Positions 9,401 to 21,107 of a stretch of DNA of 58,945 nt are shown piece by piece (positions within the stretch are counted from its first letter, which is position 1; each line of letters begins with the position of its first letter). A program made the position numbers and the translations under genes. The stretch lies in the IMG/VR virus record IMGVR_UViG_3300027905_000003, positions 1 to 58,945 of that record, one strand, 5' to 3'. Below the pieces are notes generated by a model. It searched no databases. It worked only from the letters and a program-made list of their open reading frames with translations, and had not been told where the DNA came from. The stretch is from a virus (lineage: Duplodnaviria > Caudoviricetes).

Positions 9401-11145
9401 CGATCCGCAAATTCCGTTCGTTCCCTTGGGCGAGATCTGCGCCGCCATCCGTCAGCACCTCATGCAGGTCTCGATCATCGACTCGTGGGACCCCTTCATG
9501 GAGCCCTACCCCCGTGTTCCAGATCATCCAGCCCGCCCCTCCGGCCACCCCCGCCATGCGACTCCGCGATCTCCGCTCCGGCCTGCGCGGGTACCTGATC
9601 CTCGCGGACAAAGAGGCGACTGACGCCTGGGCGATGAAAGGGCCGGGCCGATGCTTGAGTATCCGGGATGTCTTGAAGGACTTCGTCCGGTACGTCGAGG
9701 AGCACGAGATGCGATTAGGGGAACTGACGGAGATGCTCGAATCGTCCGGGTCGGGGGTCCCATCTCCTGGTGGTGGGGCGGAGTGTTGTTCACGCTGGTG
9801 GAAGCTTCGCAGGCGGTTCGCATGAAGCCCATGACGATGCTCGACTTTGCGGGCGCGTCCTGCGGCAATCCATCCTGCCGAGACCCGAACTGCGCCGAAC
9901 TGGTGTTGCACTCGAAGTGCCATCCCCGCTCCCCGACCTGGGCGAGCGTGGACAAGGGACGGAGTGTGCTCATCCTCTCCTGCTGCGTGTGCGACAAGGT
10001 CGTCGCTGAAATCGCCATCCGGCGGGCTGGCCAGTGATCACCGAGCGCGAGTGGCGCTGGAAATACCAAGGTCTGTGGGACGTCCTCTTCCCCGCCTGGG
10101 GCAAGAAGAAAGCAGTGATCGCCTACTACCCCACAAGGCAGCAGTACCACATCGCGGTCGTCGGCTTGAACTTCGCTCCGGCGTGGATGACATCAGTAGA
10201 AATGGGGAAGTGGTTGGAGATCCACGAAGGCAAGCGAGTGCACCGGTAGATGGACAACGTCTGGTTCGAGATTCTCCTGGCACGAGGGATCGCGATGGGG
10301 TGGCGGATGCGCGAGGCCGAGGAAATGCCGTCCCGTGTGATCGATGCCTTGTGCGATATCCTCGCCGACGCGATGGACGCGTCCGGGTTCCCGCGTCCGA
10401 AGTGTGATTATCCGATCACGCGCGCCGAGGTGGCCCGAGCGCGGTATCGGGTCGAGACCACGGGGGACCGGATGGCCTGGTTCCGGATGGAGGATTACGA
10501 GCGCGAGACGGAGGCACCATGACGGGACCCGAACAGCAGGCTCGCGCCCTGCAACGCGTCGTGCACAAGATCGCGTTGCCCGATGACATCGTGAATGACG
10601 CCGAGTCCACCAAGGTGGAGTTACCGGAGGATGCCGAGATCATCCACTTCGGCTTCCAGCGTGCCACGTTCTGCATCTGGTACGTGACGCAGCGCGTACC
10701 ATCCGGGCGCCTCAAGCGCGTGCGGTTCGTGCTCAGAGGGACGGGTCATCCGCTCCCACTCGAAACGGTCGACTTGTATCAGCATGTAGGCTCGTGCTTC
10801 ACGGACCAAGTCGGGACCTATGTGTTCCACCTCTTCCGACTGGATGAGGTCTGAGATGCCGACGCCCGAGGGCTTGGACCCGGTCGACCTCCCCGAGGAG
10901 TTCTTTCAGCGGCAGACGCTGGGCGCGTTGGCCAAGGCACTCACGGATCTCGTACGACAAGGCTATGCTGTCGACATGCCGGTCAAGATCGGCATCGTGA
11001 CGCCAGGCGCACGCGATGGCCAGTTGTATGTCGCGCACATGGCGGTGACGGTTGGGAGGAGTGAAGAGGATCAACGTCGCGTCCTCCAGCTTCTCATCCC
11101 GCCGCCGCCCGGGTACACGCCGCCGCCTCGGCAACCGCAGAACTG

Positions 11146-11778
11146 ATGACCGTCCTCTCCTGGCGCCCCCTCGGGACCTGGCCCGGCGCGCAACGGAACC
11201 CCGGTGATCGCCGCTTTGGGCATTTCCGGGTCGACTACGACAAGATCATCCGGGACTTGGCCTACGAGCTCGGGATGGTCGATGTCGACGTCGCGGTCGT
11301 CGAAGTCGACTGTCCCCCGCACGGCTTTTCACGCTATGGATCGCCGCTGGTCGACCGGGTGCAGGGGCCGGGGGTCGTCCTCTCGTTCACGCATCCCGAG
11401 CGGGGCCCCATCCGCATCGGCGCCGATCTCTACACGGACTTTCGGGACAACCTCCGGGGCTTGACGCTCTCGCTCGAAGCGCTGCGGGCCGTCAACCGCC
11501 ACGGCATCGCGTCCCATGGCGAGCAGTACACGGGGTTCGCGCGACTGGGAAGCGGGGACAACAAGCCCATAGGCATGACGGTCGAGCAGGCGGCGATCGC
11601 GCTCGTCCCCGAAGGGTGGAACCCTGAGATGCTCATCCGCGACAAGGAACTGGCGAAGATGGCGGCCGACCGGGCGCGGAATGCCTCCCATCCCGATCGC
11701 GGGGGATCGAATGAACGGTTCCAAGAAGTGGAACAGGCGAGGCGAGTCTTGTTCACCCATCACCGGTTGCCGGTATGA
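11146..11778 (+). CDS. Phage protein with C-terminal DnaJ-like J-domain
   Basis: HPDRGGSNERFQEVEQAR contains the HPD motif. Confidence 0.75.
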   Translation: MTVLSWRPLGTWPGAQRNPGDRRFGHFRVDYDKIIRDLAYELGMVDVDVAVVEVDCPPHGFSRYGSPLVDRVQGPGVVLSFTHPERGPIRIGADLYTDFRDNLRGLTLSLEALRAVNRHGIASHGEQYTGFARLGSGDNKPIGMTVEQAAIALVPEGWNPEMLIRDKELAKMAADRARNASHPDRGGSNERFQEVEQARRVLFTHHRLPV

Positions 11779-12459
11779 CCCGAGAAGAACTGGGGGAGTA
11801 CATCCGTCGCATCTGTCACCAGATCGACACCGTCATGGCCCACGATGCGCCGGAACTCCATTTCATTGGCATGGTCTGGGGGTTCGATGACACGGACCAA
11901 CAACTGGTGGGACGTATCTCGACGGTCGAACCGGATGACATCGCCGACGCATTGGCGCTCTTGGCGAATCCGGGCACGCAGTTGGCGCCCACCGAGAGTG
12001 TGCGACGGGATACGCCGGACAACCGGAACTGAACGGGGCTTCGCTGATGAGTGACGAACGCGTGGTGGATCAACGCCGAACCGACCTCTGGCTCTGGCGG
12101 CATGGGCAGGGAGAACGCGGAAACCGAGCGTCCCTCCTCCGTTTGCTCGCGCGGATGCACCTCGGTCCCGACGTGACTGACGACGAGGTGGATCTCGCAC
12201 TGGAGATGGCGGGCGATCCACCCGATTGGCTCGCCATCCGCGCGCTGTCGGATGGACGGTTCGCGGGTGTGATGCCCCAGTTGTTCGGCGGAGGCAAGCT
12301 TGGCGTGAATCACTTCCCTGGCCACCCCCTTGCCGACGCGGACATCTTCGCCGCTACGTGGGACTACGAACGGGCGATCGATGCCATAGCGGCCCTCAAT
12401 GCGTGGGAGCCGGATGCTGACCATCCGGAGCCCGCAGGCTACAGCAGGCGGTGCGGGAT

Positions 12460-12705
12460 ATGACGGATGTGAGGGCGTTGATGAACAAGCGCGCCAGACT
12501 TCGGAACCGGGTCAGAGAGATTCGCGAACTGCGCGTCATGACGCAGGAAGAACTGGCCAGGGCCAGCGGAGTGGGTGTCGCAACTATCTCGCGCTATGAA
12601 CGGCAACTGGTCAAGCAATACGATGGCGATGTGCTGATCGCTCTCGGGAAGGCCCTCGAGTGGGAGGCCACGCAGTTGTTGTTCGTTTCGACGACAAAGA
12701 ATTGA
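12460..12705 (+). CDS. XRE-family HTH regulator
   Basis: MTQEELARASGVGVATISRYER. Confidence 0.85.
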   Translation: MTDVRALMNKRARLRNRVREIRELRVMTQEELARASGVGVATISRYERQLVKQYDGDVLIALGKALEWEATQLLFVSTTKN

Positions 12706-12707
12706 CT

Positions 12708-12875
12708 ATGCCACGAGAAAATCGGGACCAGCCGTTCGTCATTCGCCTCACCGTATCAGAGAAGAAACGTATCGACCAGGCCGCGTGGGAAGCACATCTC
12801 GACATGAGCACCTGGGCGCGGAACCTGTTGCTCAAAGAGATCGATCGCCTGTTGTCGCGGAAGCGGGATCGCTAG
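12708..12875 (+). CDS. Ribbon-helix-helix protein
   Basis: FVIRLTVSEKKRIDQAA...MSTWARNLLL. Confidence 0.7.
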   Translation: MPRENRDQPFVIRLTVSEKKRIDQAAWEAHLDMSTWARNLLLKEIDRLLSRKRDR

Positions 12876-13214
12876 CCGATGGGCTTCTACCTCGACTGTC
12901 ACCGAGACTTCGACAAGGCCGAGATGCTCATCCTGGCCTTGGATGCGAAAGAAGTCAGCGAGCCCGATCGGGAACTCTGGCAGGCGATCCCCCAGGATTA
13001 CTGCGCCGTCTGCGTGGTCGAATACGACACCCACGATGCCGCAGGGATAGTGTTCGATGAGCGAGAACTCAACCACACCAAGCGCAGCGTCGGCGGGGGC
13101 CAACGACCGTGCCGGTGGCTCTTGATCCGGAAGGATCTCGCGGCGTTGAACTGTCCAGCGTATGCGGACTGGCTGGCGAAAGGACCGCCACCCTCCTTGC
13201 AACGGGAGAAGTGA

Positions 13215-13691
13215 GTGACGGACATAGACTATGGCTTCTCGCGCATCGTGCGCGTGAGGCCGGCCTTTCACAAGGTTCACGCAAATCCCCGGCAAGACTA
13301 CGGCGTCGGCTGTTGCGAAGTAATCTTCGTTCTCCGGGGCCCGCTGGGTGCCATCTCCTGGCAAGTCTTCACCGGGTGGCATCTGGACGAGACGTGGGAG
13401 TGGTGGGAGATGCGACGGCATACCATCGGCGACACGATGTTCGGGTGGCCACTTCCGGTGGAGCGACCGAAAGGCGGTGTCCTCGCGCTGCACGCCTCGG
13501 CCTACTCACCCGAGCATGCGTATCGCGGGCCAGAGGAAGCATGCGAGTGGCTCGGTGGCCCATGCTGGAGCGAAATCATCAGCTATCTCGCTGGGGACAA
13601 ATTGATGCCGCGACTGATCACGGATGGCGATGAAGCGGTGTGGATTGAACTGCGGACGTTGTACGATCGGCATCTCGCCGAGATAGCCTAG
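13215..13691 (+). CDS. Hypothetical protein
   Basis: 158-aa ORF following 12879-13214. Confidence 0.55.
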   Translation: MTDIDYGFSRIVRVRPAFHKVHANPRQDYGVGCCEVIFVLRGPLGAISWQVFTGWHLDETWEWWEMRRHTIGDTMFGWPLPVERPKGGVLALHASAYSPEHAYRGPEEACEWLGGPCWSEIISYLAGDKLMPRLITDGDEAVWIELRTLYDRHLAEIA

Positions 13692-14227
13692 CCCCATGAC
13701 CGAAACATCATCGGAGTTGCGAGAGTGGGACGATCGACGAACTGATCGAGGAGCTGCGGCGGATGAAGAGGGCCGGCGTCCACGGCGACAGTCGCGTGGG
13801 GATTGGCGCGCGCGCAGCATTTCGTGGCGTTGGGGAAACCGGGGTGCTCGTGCGGACGTGGTTCATGCTCGTCGCGGCGGCCAATGGTCAAGTCATGATC
13901 TTGCCCGAAGACATCGCGCGTGACATCACGGCGATGCGGAAGGACGGACATGCGAATTGATCCTATCTGTCCCTTGTGCCAGGAGCGGGTCGCGTACGAA
14001 GATGCCGCCGACCGCTATGGCATCGGCGCCTTGCGCCACCGGAACTGCGACATCCGCGCCGTCTTGGGTTCTGTCGCCCACTTCTGGTACCGCTGTTCCT
14101 GCTATGTCCAATGATCGAAAGAACACAACCCGCCAGGGATGACGAGACGAGAAGCGGCTGATGCGGCGGCGGCGCTCTGGATGAGACCTGAGGGACGACC
14201 GGATGGACCGCCTCGGCTGAGAGACCG

Positions 14228-15358
14228 ATGAGACTCGTGCGCGGTCTCAAGCGGGCGTGTCTCGCATTCGTGGCCATCAATGGCATCTTCGCCGTGCACG
14301 AGACGGGGCATCTCCTCGCCGCGCGCTGGGCCCGCGTCACCGTGCGCGGCTTTTCCCTCGGGATCGGCCCCGCGATCCTGCATCGGACGATCGGCGGCAC
14401 GGCGTACGCCGTACGGGCGATCCCGTTGGGCGCCTATGTCGATCTCGCCACCGGCCCGGAGACCGTCATCATCGGGTCGCTCGATCGCGTATCGCCGTGG
14501 GCTCAGGCCGGCATCTTCGCGGCGGGGCCTCTCGTCAATATCGTGTTCGGGCTCGTCGTCATTCTGCTGCTGCACCCCCATCTCGATTCTCTCGATGCTA
14601 GCCCCGCGAGTAGCGCGCGCATTCTCGGGCCCATCGGCGTGCTCGGTGCCTTGGCGCGCAACATGGGTCGGGATTGGCGGTCGGCGACTGTGGCGGCGGG
14701 GGTCCTCTCCGTCGACATCGGTCTCAGCAATCTCATCCCGCTCCCGCCCTTGGATGGGGGGAAGATCCTGTGGCTCGGCGTGAAGCACGTCTTTCGCGTG
14801 GGGCCAAAAGTAGAGCTCTGGGTGATACTCATCACCACCGCCCTCTTGCTCCTTGTTGTCATTGAGACCGTGGTCGCCGATCTCCGTCGCCAACTGGCGC
14901 AACGCCGGGCGACTCCCACCCACGACTATTCGGTGACCCCGATGCTCGTCCCCTGTGAGTGCGGGCATTTTACCTACCGCGGGTTTCCCCGCTGTGAATA
15001 CTGCGGCGGCGTGAACTTCGCGTACCGCCCGCCACGCGAAGCGGAGAAGATCAACGAGGCGATCGTCCAGTACTTCGGACAGCCGATGAAAGTCCGCTGC
15101 GACCGCGAGTGCAACAAGGCGTGGGGGATGCACACGCGTCCGACCGAGAACGGCGCGTGGCTGTCGGACACAGAGCTAGGTGAGGCGCCAGCCGATCCCG
15201 GCACGTACGAGGGCGATTCCGGCAAGCCGCTCTCACCGGATGCCTTCCCCACCAAGTGGTGCGTGCGAGAGTGCGAGCGATGCGCCTCCTCCCATCTTGG
15301 CGAATCGGGATTGCCGCTTGCCCTGCCCGACCTTTCGCGCCGGCATCCCTGGCCCTGA
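14228..15358 (+). CDS. Site-2 (M50/RseP-like) intramembrane metalloprotease fused to a Cys-rich domain
   Basis: HETGH, GFSLGIGP, AIPLGAYV, AAGPLVN and NLIPLPPLDGG; C-terminal CECG, CEYC, CDREC and CVRECERC. Confidence 0.85.
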   Translation: MRLVRGLKRACLAFVAINGIFAVHETGHLLAARWARVTVRGFSLGIGPAILHRTIGGTAYAVRAIPLGAYVDLATGPETVIIGSLDRVSPWAQAGIFAAGPLVNIVFGLVVILLLHPHLDSLDASPASSARILGPIGVLGALARNMGRDWRSATVAAGVLSVDIGLSNLIPLPPLDGGKILWLGVKHVFRVGPKVELWVILITTALLLLVVIETVVADLRRQLAQRRATPTHDYSVTPMLVPCECGHFTYRGFPRCEYCGGVNFAYRPPREAEKINEAIVQYFGQPMKVRCDRECNKAWGMHTRPTENGAWLSDTELGEAPADPGTYEGDSGKPLSPDAFPTKWCVRECERCASSHLGESGLPLALPDLSRRHPWP

Positions 15359-15788
15359 ACTGGCGGGATCGGCGTGATCCCGATAGACTGATCCCTTGAA
15401 GGGTCCGCGCGCCCCCTTCGCTTAGTCGTTGGTGATGGCCACCCCGATCCAACCGGACCAGTCTCACCCGCTCTCCCTCGAGGAGCTGCGGAAGAAGCGC
15501 GCCAGCTCCGTCGACTGGGGCCAGTTGCCCCCGCTCGCCACCAGCCTCGAAGTCTCGGATCGCGGTCCGCAGACCGTCTTCTTCCGGAAGCGGTCGCGGC
15601 TGGAGATGGACTCCGCCGAGCAGATGGTCGCCATCACGCCGCAGGAGCTCTTCCAGGCCAATGTCTACGTCCAGGCGGCCTGGTACGGCCTACAGTGCTT
15701 GGGATTTGCTCCGTTGCCGGTGCCGGGGATGCCGGGACAGACGAATGGATCATCGGGACCGTCCTCCAGCACACCGAATCCCGCCTAG

Positions 15789-17213
15789 ATGCCGCGCAAA
15801 ATCGTGCCATCTGGGGTGCCGAACGTCACCGTCAAGGTGTCCCCGGGCGGGTCTGAAGACAAACCCGAACCCAAACCCGAAGAGTCCGGGGACGAGGAGC
15901 AGCGCCAGGCGGCCGAAGACATCGCCCTCGCACATGAAGAGGCGGCCCGGGGCTCGGTCGGGTGGATCTCGCGGGTCAACGCCACGGGGCAGAAGGCGTA
16001 TGCGGGCGAGGCGCCCTCGCACCGCATCACGCAGAAGTTCCTGGCCGAGAACTACGGGGGCGGGACGTTCGAGATCGAGCATCGTCGCCCGCGCGAAAAA
16101 GGCGGCGGCACCGTGCGCGACTCGGTCGACACGATTCGCGTCGACGACACGATCCCCCCCCGCGTGCCCGCTTGGGTCGCCGTCGAGAAGCCGGTCGCCC
16201 CGAGCCCCAACGGCGTGCCGTCGCCCTCCACGCAGTCGATGAACGATGTCCTCACGACCGGCGTCCTCACCGTCGTCAAATCGATGCAGGATGCGTCGAC
16301 GACGAACGCGCAGTTGACCCAGGCGGCCATCGAGCGCTTGCGCGAGCCCAAAGCGGAAGGACTCACGGTCGAGAAACTGGCCGCCGTCGCCGTCCCGTTC
16401 ATGAGCGGGCTCGCAGCCATCGCGACCGCGATCATCAACCGACCGGTCCCAGCGCCCCCCGACCCCACCGCGATCGCGGTGGCCATCGCCACGTTGACCA
16501 AGCAGAAAGACCCGGCCGAGCTGATAGCCGCCCTGGCCCCGATTCTCCGACCGCCCCCGGGCCCGCCCGCCGATGTCACGCAGCTCGGCGGCATGATCGC
16601 CGCGCTCAAGGGTCTCGTCGATCTCAAGGACTCGCTCTCCCCAGGGAACGGATCAGACACCGGCAATCCGTGGGTGGACTTAGGGAGAGACGTGGCCAAA
16701 GCCTTACCAGAAGTCGCCTCAGTCGCCAAAGCCGCGATGGCACAACGGGCCGCGAATGCCGCGCCCCGGCCGACAGGCGAGACGCTGGTGCCGGCCAACG
16801 GAGCAGGTGGCACCCAGGTCCCTCCGGAGGAGCGTCGCGCTCTCCTGACGCCTGCTGCGGGAGAACCGCTAGGACCGCCGCGTGTCGCCGCGCCGTCCTC
16901 CGTTGTGGTACAACCGCCAGCCCCCGACGTGAACGGAGCCCAGACCGAGGAAGCGATGCTCCGCGTTTTCTTGAAGGGCATCTCGGATGAGATGCTCCAG
17001 CACGCCAAAGCGAACCGGCAACCGGTCCGGATCGCCCAGGCGTTCTTGGATCTGCATGAGCAGTACATCGAGCAGATCGCCTGGTGGGTGGAACAGCCGA
17101 ATTGCGTCGAGAACTTCATGAAAGACTTCCCCGAGTGGCGAGAGCATAAAGCCTGGCTCGAGGAGTTCATCCAGACGATCGACAAGGAGACGCATGAGGC
17201 GCCCCAGCCATGA
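15789..17213 (+). CDS. Pro/Ala-rich membrane-associated protein, possibly involved in morphogenesis
   Basis: 474 aa with a central hydrophobic helix and Pro-rich linkers; follows 15429-15788. Confidence 0.65.
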   Translation: MPRKIVPSGVPNVTVKVSPGGSEDKPEPKPEESGDEEQRQAAEDIALAHEEAARGSVGWISRVNATGQKAYAGEAPSHRITQKFLAENYGGGTFEIEHRRPREKGGGTVRDSVDTIRVDDTIPPRVPAWVAVEKPVAPSPNGVPSPSTQSMNDVLTTGVLTVVKSMQDASTTNAQLTQAAIERLREPKAEGLTVEKLAAVAVPFMSGLAAIATAIINRPVPAPPDPTAIAVAIATLTKQKDPAELIAALAPILRPPPGPPADVTQLGGMIAALKGLVDLKDSLSPGNGSDTGNPWVDLGRDVAKALPEVASVAKAAMAQRAANAAPRPTGETLVPANGAGGTQVPPEERRALLTPAAGEPLGPPRVAAPSSVVVQPPAPDVNGAQTEEAMLRVFLKGISDEMLQHAKANRQPVRIAQAFLDLHEQYIEQIAWWVEQPNCVENFMKDFPEWREHKAWLEEFIQTIDKETHEAPQP

Positions 17214-17570
17214 AAATCGCGCTCATGATCGACATCTCGCCGACGACGAACGGACCATCGAGATGCACCCATGGTCTGAGCGGAGAGGACTTCGGGCATC
17301 CCTGGATTCGGGTGCGGTTCGCCCGAGCGGATAGCACGGGGCGACTGTCCTATGTCGACATCACGTGCGAACGATGCTCGATGACGCTCCCCTGTCTCGT
17401 CTTCGACGTCCCACAAGTCTTCGACATGGGTGGGTCCGCCATCCCGTGGCTCGAACAGGATAAGGCCCGGATGGCGGATCTCAAGCGGCAGATCGAGCAG
17501 TTGCAATCAGCACGGCGGGAACTCAAGACATTGGCGGCGCAAGAGGCAACCGAACCATGAGGATTCACTG

Positions 17571-18311
17571 ATGACCGAGAAGCTGACGTACGTGTACGTG
17601 GTCGTCGACCGATCCGGGTCGATGGGGTCGATCCGACGCGCTGCGTGGAGCGGGATCAACGAAGTGATCGGCGCCATCCAGTCCAATGCGGCGGCCGCCG
17701 GCGGGACGACAATCGCCTCCGTCATCCAATTCGACTCTCCCGAGTATGGCCCCGTCGAGTGGCTCTACGATCACGTGGACGCCGTGAGCTTGCAGCCGAT
17801 CGCGGAGGCCGCCTACGCCCCGCGGGGCTCCACCGCGCTTTATGACGCGCTCAAGGCCGTGTTGGTCAAAGGTGAGTCGCAGCGCACGACTGACGATACG
17901 GGATTCTTGGTTACGGTCATCTCGGACGGCGAAGAGAACGCCTCTACCGAGATCGATGGCAAAACAATCAAGGCCGAGATCGCACGATTAGAGGCGACCA
18001 AGAAGTGGACCTTCGCCTACATGCTGGCGAACGTGAAGATCGGGGATGTCCAACGGGATCTCGGTGCCCAGTTGGGGAGCACCCGGAACTTCGCGGCGAC
18101 GCAAATCGGCACGGCCACGGCGTCACACGCGATGGCGGACGCGGTCGGGACCTACATGTCGTCCACGCGATCGTCGGGGCAGACCTCGTCGGATTCGTTC
18201 TACGATGATGCCGAGGCCGAGCGGGAAAAACGGGCATCGCAGGCGGCGAAGGACCCGAAGCCGTTGGACGCCATCTCGCGCGTCATCGGCCGGAGAGACG
18301 CCAAGCCGTGA
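17571..18311 (+). CDS. vWA-domain protein
   Basis: MIDAS motif VVVDRSGSM, RGSTALYDAL and VISDGEENAS. Confidence 0.85.
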   Translation: MTEKLTYVYVVVDRSGSMGSIRRAAWSGINEVIGAIQSNAAAAGGTTIASVIQFDSPEYGPVEWLYDHVDAVSLQPIAEAAYAPRGSTALYDALKAVLVKGESQRTTDDTGFLVTVISDGEENASTEIDGKTIKAEIARLEATKKWTFAYMLANVKIGDVQRDLGAQLGSTRNFAATQIGTATASHAMADAVGTYMSSTRSSGQTSSDSFYDDAEAEREKRASQAAKDPKPLDAISRVIGRRDAKP

Positions 18312-18882
18312 CCGCCCGCTTCTCCGTCTCCGTCGAGGTCGAGGACGAGCCCGCCCAGGCGATGATGCGGGTGCTCGTCAAACTTCTGAGTTTCGATCAG
18401 ACCGACGGCGGGCTCAAGCCGCCCGGCATCCGCGTCATCGGACTCCAGTACGCGCCGGATTTCTCGCCGAGCTACCCCGGTCTCGTCGGTCCCGGAGCCA
18501 TCGTCTCGTCGAACTTCGGTCCCTCGCCGCTCGATGAGCAGAACCGGCTCATGGCCGAGTTTCTGGAAGTGGCGAAGAAGCAACTGAAACAGCAAAAGGG
18601 AGACGATGAGGACTGGAAGGGGGACGACGCATGATCGCTCGGTTCTCTCTCACCGTGGAGGTCGAGGCGGATTCTCCATCGCACGCCATCGGTCTCGCGC
18701 TCTCGACGATCGAGCAGGAGAAGCGCTGGGCGATCCGGGTGACGGGGATTCTCTACCCATCGGTTCGCGAGGAGAGCCCGGATGCGACCCGCCTCATGGC
18801 CGAATACCTCGACGTCGCGAAAAAGCAGTTACGGAACTTGAACGAGGATGAAGACTGGAAGGGCGGGGAGGGCGAACCCTAG
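18308..18882 (+). CDS. Two tandem paralogous hypothetical genes (18308-18634 and 18631-18882)
   Basis: M[TI]ARFS[VL][ST]VEVE...IRV.G..Y...RLMAE[FY]L[ED]VAKKQL...DEDWKG is shared. Confidence 0.8.
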
Positions 18883-19718
18883 CGCCATGTGCTTCACCCC
18901 CGCTGAACTCCTCTTAGGGATGCTCGCCTCGTGCGCGATCGGCATCATCGTCGGCGCCGTGATCGAGAGCCGGCTCCGTGTGCAAGAAGATGAGAAAGAT
19001 GCGAACGCCTCTCAGTCTGGAGATCCGTTGACGTGAAGTGGAAAGAATTCTTAGCTCTGGCTGAGCAGGCCGTGGAACTGACCGGGGACCCGGCCGGGAA
19101 TCCGGAGATGAAGATCGCCTTCTTAGGGACCGAGGCGAACATGAATGCCACGCGAGCCGTGAGCCGCGAAGTCGCCTTCATCGCCGCACCGGCCTCCCTG
19201 CCCTTTGCACAAGTGCAAGGCGCGCCCAAGCCCGAAGGCCAGTCGCCAACCGCCAATCAGTTCGACGAGATCCCGGCGACGATCGCCGTTCAGCCGAAGA
19301 TGCTTTTGATCGAACTGTTCCCGCAGGGGCCCGTGAAAGGGACGGCGAAGTGAGTGAAACAGACACACTCCCAGATGTTGCCGAGGAGCAAGCGAGCGAT
19401 CGCCGATTGCCCGACATCCACGTGTTGCTAGGATTGCTGTCGGCCGCGTGCGCCCGCGCCGATGCCATCGGCTACGTCGTGATCGATGCGCCGGACGCTG
19501 AGGCACCGAGAGCCGCACACGAGACCCCACCCCGCACGTTCGTCACCTCGCATCTGGGACGTGCCGATCGATGCTCGCACTTCACGGCGATCGGCCTCTT
19601 GTCCGGCGGTGAGGCCCTGGAGCGCCTACGCCTCATGGAGTGGGACGGACAATCGCGGCGTGCGCGAGAGAACAATAAGGCCGATGCGAAGTCAGCCGAT
19701 GAGAAGTCAGAGGAGCTT

Positions 19719-20027
19719 TCCGATGCCCGATGAGCGTGAGATGGCCGAGACAACGACCCATGCCAACCGCCACTATACCGCCGCCGACGGGCCGTGGATC
19801 AGAGACCACGGTCGCCGCATGATCAAGCGACCGCACCCCGTCTACGCGCTCGGTCCGATGGAGCACGCGTTCACCGTCGACACGAACGAAGGCCGACTGG
19901 CTGGCAACGTCGGTGATTTCGTGGCCCACGACCCGATGTCGGGGCACGTCTGGCCGATCGCCGCCTCGTATGTCGAGCAGCATTATGATGAGGTATCCGA
20001 TGCCCGATGAGCGTGAGATGGCCGAGA
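19719..20027 (+). repeat. 32-bp direct repeat (19719-19750 and 19996-20027) bracketing ORF 19723-20010
   Basis: TCCGATGCCCGATGAGCGTGAGATGGCCGAGA occurs twice. The flanking ORFs share SDAR* ends and MPDEREMAE starts. Confidence 0.95.
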
Positions 20028-20413
20028 TCAACGAAGCCATCCAACCCCAAGAGCCACTCCTGCCCCGGGCTGAACGACGTCGGATCGCCCGAGAGCAACC
20101 CGTCTCCGATCGGTTCACTGGGGTCAAGCGGTGTGACCGATGTGGGTTTCAGGTGGAGTTAGAACGCGAGCCCATCCCTGAGCGATGCGATGGGTGTGGG
20201 TTCCGCTACGACACCACGGTCCAGGCGCCGGAAGACTACGACCAGGTGGGATCGGGGATCGAATCGAGCGCGTTGAAGCGCCGGCACGCCGCAGCCGTCG
20301 AAGGCGTGGGCGGCGCGATAGAGCTCTTAGCCGAAGGGGTCAACCGGTTGGCGGACGTCTTTGGGGATATCGGAGAAGCGGTCGCGCAACGGATAGGGAA
20401 GGCGGGACGGTAG
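20000..20413 (+). CDS. Zinc-ribbon hypothetical protein
   Basis: CDRCG...CDGCG. Confidence 0.6.
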   Translation: MPDEREMAEINEAIQPQEPLLPRAERRRIAREQPVSDRFTGVKRCDRCGFQVELEREPIPERCDGCGFRYDTTVQAPEDYDQVGSGIESSALKRRHAAAVEGVGGAIELLAEGVNRLADVFGDIGEAVAQRIGKAGR

Positions 20414-20415
20414 TT

Positions 20416-20990
20416 AGTGCACGCGGGGTCGCGGAGTGCGGGGAGTGCGTGGCCAGCGTGGGGTCGGGTTGTGAATCGCAGGCAAGTCGGGCGTAGGCGT
20501 GGCACGCGCTGTCATGGGGATCGGCGCGGCGGCACCTCGATGGGATGTTGATGCGTCGTGAGGCGAAGATCTGGCGAGGCGGCGCGGCGGGCCGGACAGC
20601 GTTGGGGTTGCGCAGCGTTCGTGGGGCGTGGGGTCGGGCAGCGTAGCGCTCGGGCAGCTCGGCGTAGCGCTTCGTCGGGGAGGGGGGGGCGGGCAAGGCA
20701 GGCTATGGGTTGTGTTGCACGCGGGAAGGGTCGCGTCGGGTCGGATAGGCGTGGCTGTCGCGGGGAAAGTCGGTGGGCGGATTCGCGTGGCCGTGCGCAG
20801 CGAGGGGCAGTTGATCGTGGGAGTGCGTTGCGACTGCGTGGTGCAGGCTTGGGTGGCGACGGGTTGGTGGGGCTGGCAGGGGACTGCGTGGTGGTGCGAA
20901 GTCGGGCGTTGACGAGCGATGGCAGGACGAGTCGGGGCGGTCGACGGATCGGGAAGCCGTGGGGCAACGCCGGCGATGGCGTCGCGTAGG
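20416..20990 (+). ncRNA. Upstream 5-nt-periodic G-rich array (G-S-G-N-N); candidate guide-like RNA
   Basis: 21 consecutive pentamers start with G at 20836-20940, and 19 of 22 at 20426-20535. Single-base register slips occur between blocks. No credible ORF. Confidence 0.7.
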
Positions 20991-21107
20991 ACGGATGATC
21001 CAAGATGCTATGGCCAAACACTCAACGAGTGAGAGATCCGTTCATGCGACAGTCAACGATGGACCCGCCCGCAACCAAGCGGCGCGCGAAGAAAGAACCC
21101 GGAGGCC

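Noticed and set aside
20340-21021. ORFs called on both strands over the G-rich array (e.g. 20558-20989, 20512-21021), and similar ones at 21568-21961
   Set aside because: Low-complexity R/G/A/P translations expected from a period-5 G-rich sequence; no RBS or domain signal.
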